A stretch of DNA of 63,957 nucleotides, the filler included, from Gonapodya sp. JEL0774 (taxonomy: Eukaryota), in NCBI GenBank assembly GCA_027604505.1. It is 3 parts of 3 records of this genome, joined end to end, with 100 filler letters (N's around TTAATTAATTAA, not from the genome) between each part and the next. Parts side by side here need not be neighbours in the genome. Positions count along the whole stretch, not along the records: positions 22,965 to 45,722 come from JADIIX010000237.1; 2 more parts are not named here. The stretch is one strand, 5' to 3'. A program made the translations under genes and the position numbers. This document shows positions 25,813 to 39,887 of the stretch, piece after piece. Numbering within the stretch: position 1 is the first letter of the stretch; every line of letters starts with the position of its first letter. Under the pieces are notes generated by a model. That model was not told the origin of the DNA. It worked only from the letters and a program-made list of their open reading frames with translations, and searched no databases.

Positions 25813-26697
25813 ATGAGTCCCTGGACAAGATCACTTAGATCCGTTCGGGAATATCCTGCGGGAATATCAGGCAGTCTTGTCAAACTGAACGAGTTGGAAA
25901 GGAAGACAGAGACCCGTGGCATCGAAATGCATCACCCGCTGGATGATCTACCCACAATAAGCACTCAGGAACGTCCATCAATTGCGCTCCCCTCATCCCT
26001 CGGGACTACCGTGGACCGAATATCATCACCAACGTCCGTCAAAGAACCACTTACACCTTCTCAGAATGTGGTATCTCTTTTGAGCTCAGAACTGAGTGGT
26101 ACTTCGAAACCGCTCACTGGCGCGGGATCTTACCCCAACACTATAAACAGTATCGTCGAAATCAACGCTCCTACAATCACAACAATGCAAAAACAAGGTA
26201 TATCAGCGACTGAAGCACGGTTGCATCGGACTGGTTCAGCTTCAGCAATGCCATTGGGAGCACTAGTTCCAATGGGTCTGGTGGCACTGATGGTAGCATT
26301 GGCTGTCGGAACTCTTTTGGTTTCTGCATTAAGGCGAGCCGGAAGATCTTCTTCATTCAGTAATTCCGGGAGAGGTGAGTTCGGTGAGAAAGTGAATGAA
26401 AACTCCTTGTAGGCTCGGTCATCCGCCAACTAATTATAACGAATCAACTTGGTTTCAGGAAGTCCTGATTTGCCATTAGAGGGCGACACGCCCTTCGTTT
26501 CCATGACTTCTTTTCAGACTTCCCACAAACTTGCCGACGAAACAGAAAGAGTTCCAGCTGCACAAGCTCCTTTGGAGCAGGAGGAGACAGTGTTAATCGA
26601 GGACGAGCTTGGAAGTGCAGAGAGTAATTCAATACCGGGACAGTATGACCGCAAGCTTAGTTTGAGGGGGAAGAAATCCGTCGTGTTCCAGTTGTAA
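25813..26697 (+). CDS. Hypothetical Ser/Thr-rich single-pass membrane protein
   Basis: ORF with TM segment LVPMGLVALMVALAVGTLLVSAL. A GTGAGT..CTAAT..CAG intron (about 26375-26458) bridges to ORF 26449-26697. Start uncertain. Confidence 0.5.
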
Positions 26698-26862
26698 GTG
26701 CACCATGGAAAATTTTGGGCAATAATTTCCATGTGTTGAAGGCCCTTGACAATTTTGTAATAGAAGGTTCGTCGTAAATTGCATTCGAATGCTTTTCTTG
26801 GTGGTTGGGGCGTTCAGATCGGGTCGGTCGCTGCTCGCCAGGACTACAAAACTTTGAGAATC

Positions 26863-29800
26863 ATGTCCAAATTCCACCCCTACAATCGCACTGCAGATCA
26901 TCAGTCTTCGAGTTCACCCTCTGCGCAGATATTGGGGGCAAGTACCGCCCTCAGCGGCGTAGCGGCCTCTCGAATCCCTGCATTGCCGGGGCGTAATTCT
27001 TCACGTGCAGGGTCTGCTAATCCGATGATAAGCAGAGGGCAGGCAGGTGTTTCTTACGCAAGCGAAGATAATCGAAGCATAAATTCGGTTTCTGGACTAA
27101 CACCTGCGCAAATCTCCACTGGGAGACCGCCTGTGAGTTTCAGATTGTTTGCTCTCTCCCGCCCTGTCGCAGCGGTTTCCAATCCTCTCGCTCAATCAAT
27201 CAGCCAACACCCACTGAGCAATTATCACGTGCGCTCGCTCCTTATGAAGGAGCCGGACCCATCGCTCCAGTTGTACCGTCCGTCGACCTGTCCCTACTAG
27301 AAAGTCATGAAAGTCAGTACCCGTTCAATGATTTTTGCCTCTCCTTAGGGCAATATCATACTCCCTTACTACTATAAACAAAGGTTATTTTCGTTTTCAC
27401 TCGCCTCAGGGGACCGATCCGCTCTCGAAGATGTGAACCTCGCTCTTCGTCGGGAGCTGTCGGATGCCAAAGCCAGCCTTAACAGGAAAATAGCGGAATT
27501 GGAACGAGACAAAGCAAAACTCAACAAAGAGGTCAATGAACTAAGGGCCAAGGGCGAGGTGGGTTCCTTCTGCTTCTCGGATAACGAACGTGGCCAGGAC
27601 AGTTATGCATGCTGTTTATTGGGGCGTAAGAGATGGATACACCTAATCATCTGCTCCGTCATTGTGTTTTGTGACCAGAAAATTGGCTTCATTGTACCAA
27701 TGCGACTAAAATTCTATTTGTGTTTCCAGTCCCTCACCAGCGACAGGCGTTTCCTCTACGAGAGGCAGTTATCTCTGACGAAGAAGATCGAAGAATATGA
27801 AGCCAGTGGGGCCATGAACAAGGTGCATTGCGACCCCTTTTGCCATCTCTCCTCTATCTCGTGATGTACGTGCTTACTGCCAACACAACAGCTTGAGGTC
27901 GAGGGTGCTACACGGGGCCTCCGGAACGCCAACTCTGAACTTGGGGAGCGACTGGCCGTCCTCCAATCTGATTATGAAAGCCTCAATCGTGTTCACACGG
28001 TGACACTTGAGAAGCTCCAGTCACAAGTGGAGACGACACGAAGGCAACGCGAACTAGATGCTGATCGAGTGAGAAATGCCGAGGAATTATCGAAAAAGGC
28101 AGTCGAAGAAAGAGAAATATGGAGAGCGCGATGGACGGAGGCAGAGAGGAAAGTTGCAGCGTTGAAAACTGGCGGACCTGCTTTCGAGATAGAAAATTTA
28201 AAGAGAGATCTCGAGGGTGAGTGTGGAGCTCGTTTAATATGTAAGGAACTAACCTTATCAGAAGGGTTCGAATCGTGTTCCACCGATCCTCAAAATTCGA
28301 AGCCACTAAGGCAGAACTCACACGTGCGCGGTCTCTCACCCCACCGTCTTCTGCACCGTCGACTACAACAAATGTAGCTCTACTTCACGAACAGAACCTC
28401 TCCTTGGCTCGCCGCGCCGCCACAGCTGATGCCCTCCGCGGTCGTGTGGCTGCTTTGGAGCGGGAGCTTGACGAAGCTCGCGCGGAGCGAGTGGGCTGGG
28501 CAGGAGTCCTAGAAGACACCATATCGGTACCAATTGGCGCCAGCACACCGCGGAAAGTGGCTCGAGCACTCGCCGAGACTCGTGCCCGTCTTGCGGCGAT
28601 GGAGGAACGGTACGCGGCTGTGACCGCGGATGCGGAGATCAAGGTAGAGAGAACGAGAGAACTTGAGGCGAGGGTTGCAGATATGGAAGCGGCGTTGGCT
28701 GATGCAAGGGCGAGTATGAGTCGTGAAGAGCGAAGGCGAATGCGGGAAGAAAGGTCGAGAGGCCTCGCGGAAAAAGAGGTCGGGCTTTATCGAGCGGAGA
28801 TTGTGAGTGATATTTTGCACTTTCTTTGACCTGAGGAGGCAGAGGCAAAGTTCAATTTCATCGTGCTTTCTGAGTTTGCAGAAATCGTATGATCAAGAAG
28901 ACGCGATGGACAAACCGTCCCCTGATGATCGCCTTTCCGCTCGGAATGCGCAATTGGAGATCCTACTTGACGAATATCGAGAACGACTCAAGGACATGGA
29001 GACGGAAATGAACAACTTAGAATTAATGGCACTTAGGCCAAAAGACAGCACCACAGATGAACGCACAGATGTAGATTCAAAAAGGGTTCGACAACTGGAG
29101 GATGGTAAGTATTTTGTCCGCCCGTGACATGTTACCATTTACTCACCCTCGACGCACAGAGCTGACTGCTGCCCTAGCCGAAAATGAGGTTTTGAAGCGC
29201 GATGTTGCTGCACTCGAAAGGCAAGCAGAGCTCACTGGCCGATGGCGTGCAAGCGGGGAAGGTACTACCGGCGTTTCCAGCACGCTCAGCAGCATGGAAG
29301 TTGACTTAACAACAGAACGCAATCCGGGTAAATATGGTTTACGAGTGAATTTCCACCTTCAACATATGAAAACCATCTTTGTTGTGAACTAGAGGCACTA
29401 GCAACAGAGAATGCGTCTCTGCAATCGGATATTGCCGCTCTTAAGTCAGAAGTGAGCACACTCACGGAGAAACTCGACACATTCGAAACACAGGTCGCAC
29501 GAGGTGCTTACAACCCAGAGACGACAAGGGTTCTCGCTCTCAAGGGAAGTCCTGCGGAGATTGAGTTTGAGGCTCGAACGGCCATCCTGGACGCTCTACG
29601 GACTGAGAACGAAGCGCTGTTATCCCGTCTGTCTGATCGTTCGCAAACGGAAGGCCAATACAATTCTTCACCAGTCGACCAAGTTGTTCCTGCGGAATCT
29701 ATGGCACGACTGAAACTCGAATACATACGGTTGGGTGAAGAGAAATCGACTCTCGCTACTCAGATCGACCGCCTCAAATCGGTCTTTAAGCAACAGGCAG

Positions 29801-30081
29801 CAATTATGCGGGAGACAGTGTACGCACTGTTTGGTTGGCGATTGGAATTGCTCGAGGCTGGTCGTTGCCGGATCAAGTCTCCGTTGTTTGACGGTGGAAT
29901 GACATTCGTTCCAACCTCGGATGGCAAAGGCTTGACATTAGCCAATCAATTGGATGGTTATCAACGCGGTGAGGCGGAGTATATTGGAAGATGCGGAAGT
30001 GTTGCGGGATTCTTGGCATGGGTAGTTCTCGTTGGTGTTCACAAGCAATATGGAGGTGACGTTTTGAGCGTCTTGAAGTGA
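26863..30081 (+). CDS. MAD1: Spindle assembly checkpoint protein Mad1
   Basis: Long coiled-coil exons; C-terminal GAYNPETTRVLALKGSP (Mad2-binding region) and RLKSVF..RETVYALFGW (RLK motif). Confidence 0.88.
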
Positions 30082-30243
30082 CACACTTCAATTGGGCAGT
30101 ACCATATTTGGAGCCGTAGACATGACTGTATATATTGTACCTTCTTTGTATTTCAGATTTTCGGGTTCGCTTCACTTCTTCTCCAGTGTAACTCGTGCTT
30201 CTGCACGAGTGCCTTCTTGACCGTATCACAAAAGACGCATTTC

Positions 30244-30426
30244 ATGCCTACCACTCAGCGGATCACAGCTGTCTTCCATCCACGCTTTGACATTCCAATC
30301 TTCATCTTGCTCGGAGGAAGCGCGTACTTCCTGTTCTCAGACAGAGACACGAGCCGGCCCCCAGAGAAGAGGTGGTGGCGAATGGCCACAAGAGCTTGGG
30401 GCCGCTGGGTGGAAGGAAGCGGATGA
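30244..30426 (+). CDS. Small membrane protein resembling Nce101 (60 aa)
   Basis: FHPRFDIPIFILLGGSAYFLFSDRDTSRP parallels the Nce101 pattern (D-P, hydrophobic helix, G-x-x-S/A-Y, then R..RP). Recognised by eye. Confidence 0.45.
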   Translation: MPTTQRITAVFHPRFDIPIFILLGGSAYFLFSDRDTSRPPEKRWWRMATRAWGRWVEGSG

Positions 30427-30764
30427 AACTGAGGATCAAGTTTCGGTTTTTTTAGGTGAGCAGAAGATGCTGGTGAAAAGACAGCTGGACTGCAGATGTT
30501 TATGTCTTCCTTGAAACATTCCGATCGATTAGGGTACGTTAACTGATTTTCGAACTTAAACATAGATTAAACTCGAGGTTTGAAAGATAAATCTGGATGG
30601 GTGGAATATGCGACTCTGCAATCGCTTCTATGCAGTGTCGCCGTGGTTCCAAAGCCACCACCGTTGCGCAACCTTATCAAGCGGTTGACAAGATTGAGAT
30701 GAATTATACGAAATGTCAATGATTTTCCACCCCAGAACAAGGATAGTGACTGTGCACATCTGCA

Positions 30765-32935
30765 TCAGTTCTCGGTGACGCCTTCTATCGCTACCTTGGC
30801 AAACTTCAGTGGGTCGATCTTCCCGAGTAAGAAGTCGATTACCACGTTACAGTGAAGTCTCACCCCAACCGGGAGACACTCGTCATTTGCGTAAAACGCA
30901 GCTAGAAAGGACGCGATAAATCCTCGTTACAGTGAGGGGAACTCGAATAGTAATGTAACTTACGGTTATGATTGAATCCGAGCCCCATTCCACCTTCCTT
31001 TGGGAGAAGTTTTACTACGCCATCTGAAGACTCCTCCCAGATAGTATCTTGGCAGCCGAGTGTGGCGTAAAAGCCACCGTATTTGCTGTGTGGTAGGTGG
31101 GATCAGGTATCTTCCCAACCGCTGGTACAGTCAAAAGTGCACGGAACTCACTTGACGAACTCACTGACATCATCTGTCGAATTTGTTGAAAGAAAATGTA
31201 TAAATCATTGGGCGCCGACAATCTGTCCTCCAGCGGATCACTCTCACCGTATCCCATCATCGGCTCCACGTTTCTGAGTTCGCCCGATCTTCTGAGTGTC
31301 GGGAGAATCGCTGACGTCCACATTGGCGTGTGCATGATAGCAGGTACCGATTGGTGAAAGGTCGCTTCGGCAGTCATATCGTGAGCTGAGGCGAGGCCTT
31401 GGACTAAGCGAGCGACCTTTGCTTTTATTTCGTCCATTTCTGTATTTTTGAATGTCCTGCATATGGGTCACAAAAGCACTCGCATTAGCACGACTCATAC
31501 TGTGGAGACTTCTCAAGTACCTGATCGTCCCGTAGAGTGTGACTTTGTCTCCGATTATGTTAAAGCGTCCTTGATCTACAACACTAACGCAAAGAGCATG
31601 AGAACTCCCAATCATCTCTTGAAATCTAAGCAAGAATCCCAAACTCACTGCCCTATACTGATGGTGAAGGCTGAGGTCGATGGCATTTGCCGGTAAAGTT
31701 GCCCACATTGAACAATAATATCGGCCGCGACAACGAGGGGATCTGAGATAGGATATATTTGGGTGGGAAACAAGGAGTCAGCATAGTCGGCGGGGGATGT
31801 ACCAACCTTTGCCCATCCTAAAAGAAACGGCGTTTAAAACTCAGCATAAGAAAAGCAACCCATAGTTCACGAACCAAGGCATGCTTCCATGGACTTGCTT
31901 CCCCTGCACAACGATCTTCACCAGCGTTGACGCCGCAAACATTGCCCCTTTTTTGCAGCGAAAGGGGAAGGTTATCGCTTGAACAGAGCCCTGCGGCATA
32001 CGACTGACCTTCGCGCCAACCAATAGTTCCAGTCGGGTAGGGAACGACATGGATTCCAAACACCATGTTAGGCATGTACCGCTCCCCATCAATGAGAAAG
32101 CAATCTTCCTCTTCCATCATCCTTGCGCCTCCATTTTCGTCCAAAGGAGGGCCTTCTTCCGCCTATATTATTATTTGGTGTTCAGTGATTTGTGCTTTCT
32201 CACGAAACTGGAAAAAAGGAACGCGCACCGGCTGGAAGAGAAAGACAACTGTGCCCGGCAAATCATCCCTTATCCGCGCCAAAGTAGTTGCTGCTGAGAG
32301 GAGCATCGCGACATGCGTATCATGTCCACAAGCCTGAATCAGAAATGTCCACCAGGATCATGTTTTGTGGGATCGTCGGATCAACAAAACCTTGGAAGAT
32401 CTTCACATGCATTACGGGAAAGGGACCACCAGGGTAGTCGGAATCAATTTGCTTTGAGGCGTATGGTATGTCAAAGAGCTCTTTGACGGGTAGAGCGCTA
32501 TGACGAGGGCATGTTTCAATATCGAGTCTCTAACTCTTTGAACGACCAGCAACACACTCCATGTCTGCTCTCAAACAGATAACTTTCCCATTCCCAGCTC
32601 CACCCTTGAGAATGCCAACAACTCCCGTCCCGGCGATACCCGTCCTGACCTTGTCACACCCGATTTTGGCGAGGTGCTTCGCGACCGCTGCCGACGTCCG
32701 GAACTCGCGGTTTGAGAGCTCCGGGTATTGATGAAACTGAGAAAGTGGGAGCCATCAAGCCCTTAGTATCATTCTAATGAGATTGGAATAGAAGAACACA
32801 TGCATCATGGCGCATTTCTACGGTTTGCGCGTTGATCTCTCCGACGATGTTGGTGACAATCCCATACAGATCATCGGCAGACCTTTTGGAAACGCTAGGC
32901 TCCGAAGCTGCCAAGCCAGAGCCTGATGGTGACAT
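30765..32935 (-). CDS. M20D family amidohydrolase (Acy1 / YxeP-like)
   Basis: [55 protein letters not shown] and GRFNII. Many introns. Confidence 0.92.
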
Positions 32936-33731
32936 GTTGGGGAACTGAGATTTCGGGTGGAGCTCGGCCCGTTCCGCCTGATGCACAAATGTGACCAGAT
33001 GTTTTAAGATTCGAACATCACCATACTTATAGCCACACCAGCAGTATCGATACGAGAGTTATTAGGAGATGGGGACCCAAACTTTTTGTTGTTTGTTTCA
33101 TGCCCAACAACAACAATTCACTGCCAGACCCAACTAACAAGATCCAAGAATGCTCTGCGATGACTAATAGCTCAACTCTAACGGAAAAGATAGGTTCGGT
33201 TCCTCGGGTTCGCCAACTTCGCAATCCCTCATCCTTCAGATGTACAATTGGACATCGTGCTGCTCTGCAGTGAATCCACGAACCGCGTATTTAGCAGCAG
33301 CAGCAAACACATAATTGAGATTTAGGAGCATCAAAGTGGACGAGCAAGGATGATTATTGGCGGGCTGCGGCGGGTTCTTCATTCATGTCATTTGAAGGCT
33401 CTCCTGTCCAACAATCGTAAATTAGTCTTTTCCCACATCCCCGGAGACCTTACTTTTTATGGTCAACCTTGTGGAGTGGATTTCCAGTTTTTACCTTGTT
33501 CTTTGATCCACTACTCTATTTTATAAAATTGTAGCGAGACAAGTTGATGGCAACGACAACTCAAAAAAAGAATCAAAGCGGATAAGATTCTAAGAATTTT
33601 CTTTGGTTTGCCGGAATACGAATGTTCACTGTTGAGGGAGGGGCATAAGACAGAAATGTCGGCCCTTCTGAGAGTGGCACAGTGAAAGAGAAAACGGAAA
33701 CGACTCTGTGACCAACCGGAAACTATCTCAA

Positions 33732-35453
33732 ATGCAAGCCGCTCAGCAAACCATCGCGCGCGCTGTCCGAACAAGGGCCGCTCAGGCCGTTGCTCAACGT
33801 GGATTCGCCTCTGCTGCCATCGTTGCTCCTAGTGCTCTCCGCGCTGCGACTAGGTCGTCTGCCCGCCCTGTCGTGTCGGTGAGTTTGGACACCCAGACGG
33901 CCGACAAACGGAGCCAAACCATTGATGGTTTAAGGCACGGGCTACAATGAGGCTAAATCGAGAGATACGGGTGTTCAGCAATCTCCCTCACTTTCTGTCC
34001 CTGGATGTTGACCCGTCTTCCCCCTTTTGCCTGATTTTTGAATCCAGCAACTGCCTGTGCGCGGTGTTAAGACTTTGGACTTCGCAGGTACCAAGGAAAT
34101 TGTCTACGAGCGTTCCGATTTCCCCAAGGCGAAACTGCAGCAGATTTTCAAGGACGATGTTTTCGCTGTTGTGGGATACGGAACCCAGGGACGTGCTCAA
34201 GCCCTTAACCTGAGGGACAATGGTTTGAAAGTCATTGTCGGCTTGAGAGAGGGTCCTAGCTACGAGCTGGCCAAGGAGGATGGATTCGTTCCGGGCGAAA
34301 CACTCTTCCCAATCGCAGAAGCAGCGCAGAAGGGATCCGTCATCATGTTGGTACTCAGTTTCATCTCTGAAGAATAATTCGACTTCCCACCCATCTTTAA
34401 CCCATTCGTCGATTAAAAGGTACCTTCTATCGGACGCTGGCCAGAAGACTGGGTGGCCCGCCTTGAAGCCGTTCGTGACTACCGGCAAGACCCTTTACTT
34501 CTCCCACGGCTTTTCAGTGGTCTTCCCTGACCAGACTGGTGTTGTTCCCCCCGCGGATGTTGATGTGATCCTTGCAGCCCCCAAGGTGCGTTGGTGTTCC
34601 CAATATCAAGAACGGTACTTTCTGATTGCAAAGAAACTACCAATCAGGGCTCGGGCACATCGGTGCGCCGCCTATTCCTGGAGGGCAAGGGCATCAACGG
34701 TTCCGTTGCCGTTTGGCAGGTATGTTGTGCACCTCCTACACTTCAGCACAAACCATCGCTCATTTCGCCTTTTTACAAATATGTAGGACTATTCCGGCAA
34801 GGCTCACGAACGTGCCTGCGCCATGGGTGTCGGTATTGGCTGTGGTTACCTCTATGAGACAACCTTCCAAAAGGAGGTTTACTCTGATCTCACTGGCGAG
34901 CGCGGAATTCTGATGGGCGCCATTCAGGGTATGTTCAAGGCCCAGTATGATGTGCTGCGCTCCAAGGGACACTCCCCGTCTGAGGCGTTCAACGAGACTG
35001 TTGAGGAGGCCACACAGTCCCTATATCCCCTCATTGGTGAGAACGGCATGGACTGGATGTACGCCAACTGCTCCACTACTGCTCAAAGGTGAGAAGAGAA
35101 TATTTTTGAGGTGACTCGAGTAACCGACTTAAATCGCTCCTGGCTTTTACTAATTTTTTCGAAAGGGGAGCGTTGGACTGGTGGAAACCGTTCTATGATG
35201 CTTCTCTCCCCGTTTTCCAGAAGCTGTACCACTCGGTTGAGACTGGCGAGGAGACTCGCCGCTCCATTGAATCGAACTCGCGCAAGGACTACAGGCAACA
35301 GTTGGACGAGGAGCTGAGACAGATCAGGGACAGTGAAATGTGGCGGTACGTTTCACTGCGTTGAGGATTCCATTTGACTGTCTCTTATCAGCAATTCGAC
35401 ACAGGGCTGGACAAACTGTTCGAAGCTTGCGCCCTGAGAGGCAATCCAAGTAA
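33732..35453 (+). CDS. ILV5: Mitochondrial ketol-acid reductoisomerase
   Basis: Arg/Ala-rich presequence, GYGTQGRAQALNLRDNG, YFSHGFS, APKGSG, SDLTGERGILMG, HSPSEAFNETVEE and CSTTAQRG. Confidence 0.97.
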
Positions 35454-36079
35454 ACCATCATTGGATGTATTAAGTTTGCGATAGATCGGTTTCAGGGCAT
35501 CTTTTGTTCCTGCTGTAGCTGATCTCCTTCAATACAATTTGCATCTATCTCAGAGTTCACTTTTTTTGAGAGTTTCTTTGATGGTTCGATGACAATTGTG
35601 GAGGATCATTTAAATAATGAAAATCAATCAACGATGTCTCCAAATGGACATGGCGTGCTACATAATTCAATTTCAAATTTGCACATGGCAACAATCGCCC
35701 TCGAACGACCCCGTAGAAGAGCTATTATACTTATTTGCAATTAAATCGTCAATATTATCAATACTTGAAATCGATTACCTTTTTGAAAATGCCAGCACTA
35801 GTCAACAACAAAACTGCCCTCTTTTTAACAGTCAGAGGTTGGGAACATCACTCCCATCAAATGTACGTAAGAGCGTCTCCCACCAATCGGAACAGACTAT
35901 TCCTACCACTTCTAGCGGCAGTCAATAGTAAGGAAGTAACATTACCATAATGTGGAAGTCACCATTCGAATTAACACTTGAGCGAGAATTCAAGGATGGT
36001 GGAAGCCGCAGTCTGGAAATTTCTCAAAATGCACGTGTAAAATCGAGTGGGAAGGTCTTTCTTTCTCAGGACAGACCGG

Positions 36080-38590
36080 TCACTTCCCCTCCCTTGACAA
36101 AATAGCAGCTTCTCTCTTAGCTGCATTACTCGGTGCGGGCAACGCAGCGGCCACCATCCCCGCCGATGGTTCCCTGGTTGCAATATGTGTATGGCCGTCC
36201 TTAATCCGTGGCTTTGGCTGCATCTGCCCCAGTGCCAGTCCCGACGCACCAATCCTTTCCGTTTCCCCGTCACTCTTCTCCAATGCCTCATCGCCTCTTT
36301 CAACTCTATCTTTTACCACGCTCCTAAACCATACTTGTTTTCTCGCCTCGATCACGTTCATTCGCCGTGCAGGGTCGGGATCCAAGAGGCTCAGTATGAG
36401 ATTTCGTGGGCCAGGGGGAAGGTGGTCAAGCATTGGGAACCCAGTTGTTATGTCGGGCAAACTCGTATTGTTCACGGCAGTCGGCGAAGCAGAGGAAGAA
36501 ACTCGCCGGAGGCATTTGAGGTAGAATGAGTAATTGACATCGCTCGAAGTGGCCGCACGCCAAGGTATCCGGTTGTAAATCATGGTGAGGTAACTGTTAG
36601 TGCAGGCAAAGCGATAGAAGGAATCAACAAAAATCAAGTCGTTTTCCAATCCTCCCAACCAGTACCCACATAATCCCACAAGCCCAGGCGTCGACTTTCA
36701 CCGGATCAAACTCCTTTGCTGTAAACTCTTCTGGTGCAATGTAGGGTTCGGACCCAGCCAATCGACGGGACTTGTGCGGTTCAGTTTCCCAGACCGTCCG
36801 AAAGACTTCCGCAGAGCCAAAATCGGTAATTTTAAGGACATTGGGAGGTTGGAGCATCTTTTAGTGGGATAGTTGCGGTATGAGACGGGCAAGTCAGTAA
36901 GCGACACTTCATGGAAAGTCACAACCCCCGGTCGAAAATCCAACTGGAGGCGAGACGATCACTCTCACCCACCAGATTCTCGGGCTTGAGATCTCTATGT
37001 GCTACACCAAGTCCGTGCATATATGCTACTCCATTGACCATTTGACACCAGAGGCCATTGGCTTCCTCAAATTGCAGGCCCCCGCCTTGGATGAGAGCAC
37101 ACAAGTCACCTCCCGTGCAGTATTCAAGAACCTCACACCATGAACCTGTGGTTGTACGGAGGAGATCCAGTGTGGAAATGATAGACGGGTGGTGCAGGGA
37201 GCTATTGAGCAATTGTGAAAATCGAAACGGAAGTACAAACGCGTAAGGACACGATCTCTTTCCAAACGCGTGAAAAGTTCGGACAAAGCACCACACGTCT
37301 TCACACAGACTGCTTCCCTTTTCATATATCCTGTCTCATTTGTGTGATCCTCAGAAACTCAACGTACCTCCCGATACAAAATTCACTGGTCACCTTCTTG
37401 ACGTATTCGCGTTCACTCTCTTCCCTCCTCCGCCTTCGGAACTCTTTCACCGCATAGACTTCGTCCTTCCCTACCCCTTTGTTCCCGACTGCTTCCTTCG
37501 CACTCATCTTGGTTGCACCAGGCCCTCCCACCCCACCACCAGTTACACATCGGCTTCTCACCAACCGCACGACACTGGTCGCCCCACGACCAATTATCTC
37601 ATCACTAACTTCACCCCAGCGCTCAGAGAGGGTTGCTTCAGAGCCAACTCGGCGAAGAGCTGAGAGGGGATCAGCGGCAATGGCATTGGCCGAAGAGCGA
37701 CCGGTGGTCGGACCGGGAGAATGAGATCCACGCTGTTGTCCACCTCCGTGACCGTTTGCAGTGGCAGGTCGACCTGGTGATCTGGCAGTTGATTTGCGGC
37801 GGTAACGGTCCTCAACAGTCCGGTGTTCCCGCGAAGTCTCAGATAAGAGATTCAATGCCAAAGTGGAGGTGGTTGGTGATACAGAAGCAGGCGTGGTGGG
37901 AGAGAAGCCAGGTTGAATATCGGGGGTTGCTGGTGCGCCAGGAACTGGTACTCGAGGTTCGCGAAGTAATGCTGCTCCGCTGCCGGGGGGTAGAGCGGGT
38001 ATGATGCCAGGCTGAGACGTCCGGCGGGGTGAGGGGGAGGAGAAATAAGAGTCACCGTCAGAGGACGAAGGTGAAAGAGATCCGCCCTGCGCAGGCGTGG
38101 GGATGACGAGCTTGGGGGTGATTGCGGCAATTGCAGGTGTCGTTGAAGTAGTTGTACTCAAATTGCTGCTCACGGCACGATGAAAAAGTTTATCCATGAT
38201 GCTACTGCCACTAGAAGGTCGCCTTTCCTGAACAGACTGAGGATGAACGTGGGCGAGGTCTTCCGGGTCATTTCCCATGGAGCCATGAGCGAAATTAGAG
38301 CCGATGACGTTCGGAGGCACAGTGGAGGTTGGGACGGGCATTGGAGATCCATTTTCATCGTGTATATGAAATAGTTTCTGGAGTAATGTGGGCTTGTGAG
38401 TTGATGCTCTGCGGATATGAGCGACGGGAGAAGGAGAGATAGGAGAAAACATGGACGTGGGAGATACAGGTGAAACAGACGATGTCACAGGGGCGGTTAT
38501 AGTGGGCTGGGTTGGCGGATGTGGTCCGATCGACGGACTGGGATCCGGCTGTTCCAGAGATTCCACCGACGTTAGGGCAGGAGCCGACAT
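36080..38590 (-). CDS. HAL/Npr1/Hrk1-family Ser/Thr kinase
   Basis: IGRGATSVVRL, AVKEFRRRR..EYVKKVTSEFCI, LEYCTGGDL, HRDLKPENL, KITDFGSAEVF and GSEPYIAPEEF, after a long disordered N-terminus. Confidence 0.9.
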
Positions 38591-39887
38591 GCTTAAAATT
38601 GCCCAGGGCGAGGTTTAGGAGGTGGAATATCGGGATTTGGCGTGCTCGGGGTGGAAGTTCCTTCCTTGGCACACTTTGGCAGAGTCTGAATCGAGCGCTG
38701 TAGCGCGATTAATATAACAGATAAAACTGGAAGACGAACTTCTTCAACCAGTCGGCCTCTACAATACCTTGATTGAAATTGGAAAGGTGAGTCTGCACGG
38801 AAAGTGTCTCCCCAATGCAAACTCCGCCACTCCAACTTATGAAGTTAGTTGAGGTGAGCCGATGAGTATGAAACAAAACTGTATGAACGTTCAGAGAAGT
38901 CACAACGTTGTCACTGTGTGCCGTCGCTCTGCTTCGTTCCCTGTTTTTGACTTCCATTCACTGACTGCAAAGGGCCAGGCACACAAAATCAACGAGTGCG
39001 CCAGACCCAGCAAGGCCAACTTACTATCCATTATCACTGTTACTAGCGGCAAGTTTTTTCTTCTCCCAGTATTCCTGTCTTTAACAATGACGTCTACTGT
39101 TGATGGTTCCATCATAACCTTAGTTACTGGTGTACTGAAAATATATGGGAGTCAAACTATGTGGAGAATGAACGAAACGGTGCACTGATATTTTGGGTGT
39201 AAGGCTTTGGTCGACCAAAGATCAGCGAAGAGCCTTGCAAGTGGCGAAGGGCATCGGAAGCCCGGATGTGTATTTGTAGGCTGTATAGACCATAAATGAA
39301 GCTCCACCTCTCAGAAAATAATCCTCTTTATTGAGCTCGAAACGCCAGCGGCATGTCATGGGATAAAAAGGAATCAGTCGGAGTTTGGGGGTTCATGGAT
39401 TCGAACCCAGACCGAACATGTGTGTACCTGATCCCACGATTAGTGTTGATATCCCGAAATTTCTCATTTTCATATCTGAGTTTACATTTAGCTCCGCGTT
39501 TGAATCGGATAAGAGAAAGCGCAACATTTTAGTTTCAGACGCGAAGAGCCATAGGGTTGTGGGATCCTGGGGGTCAGAGAGGCTGTATAATAAATATTCA
39601 AACCCTTGTACCGGGGGACACCAAATACTAGACAAAAAAGCAAACTGAGGGGTGACAAAAAGGACGGCAGAACAAACTATTTTTATTAGAGGATTGATCT
39701 TTCACTCGGGAAACGTCTCAAGAGAGTCCCCACGAGCAAAAGTGTGCCTGTTGAAAGTGATTGCGTGTCCTTGACTAACCTTCATCTGTGCAAACAAACC
39801 AAACACCCAGAAGGGCAAACAAGAATCTATTTGTTGTTGTGGTACTAGTTCTACGTTCTTCTGGCCCGCTCTACACCCCGGGTGTTG

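Noticed and set aside
39205..39220. 16-bp perfect palindrome CTTTGGTCGACCAAAG
   Set aside because: Isolated, with no supporting context; one such palindrome in 64 kb is plausible by chance.
39385..39420. Minus-strand GGGTTCGAATCC (B box / T loop)
   Set aside because: No matching T stem, A box or cloverleaf upstream; not called a tRNA.
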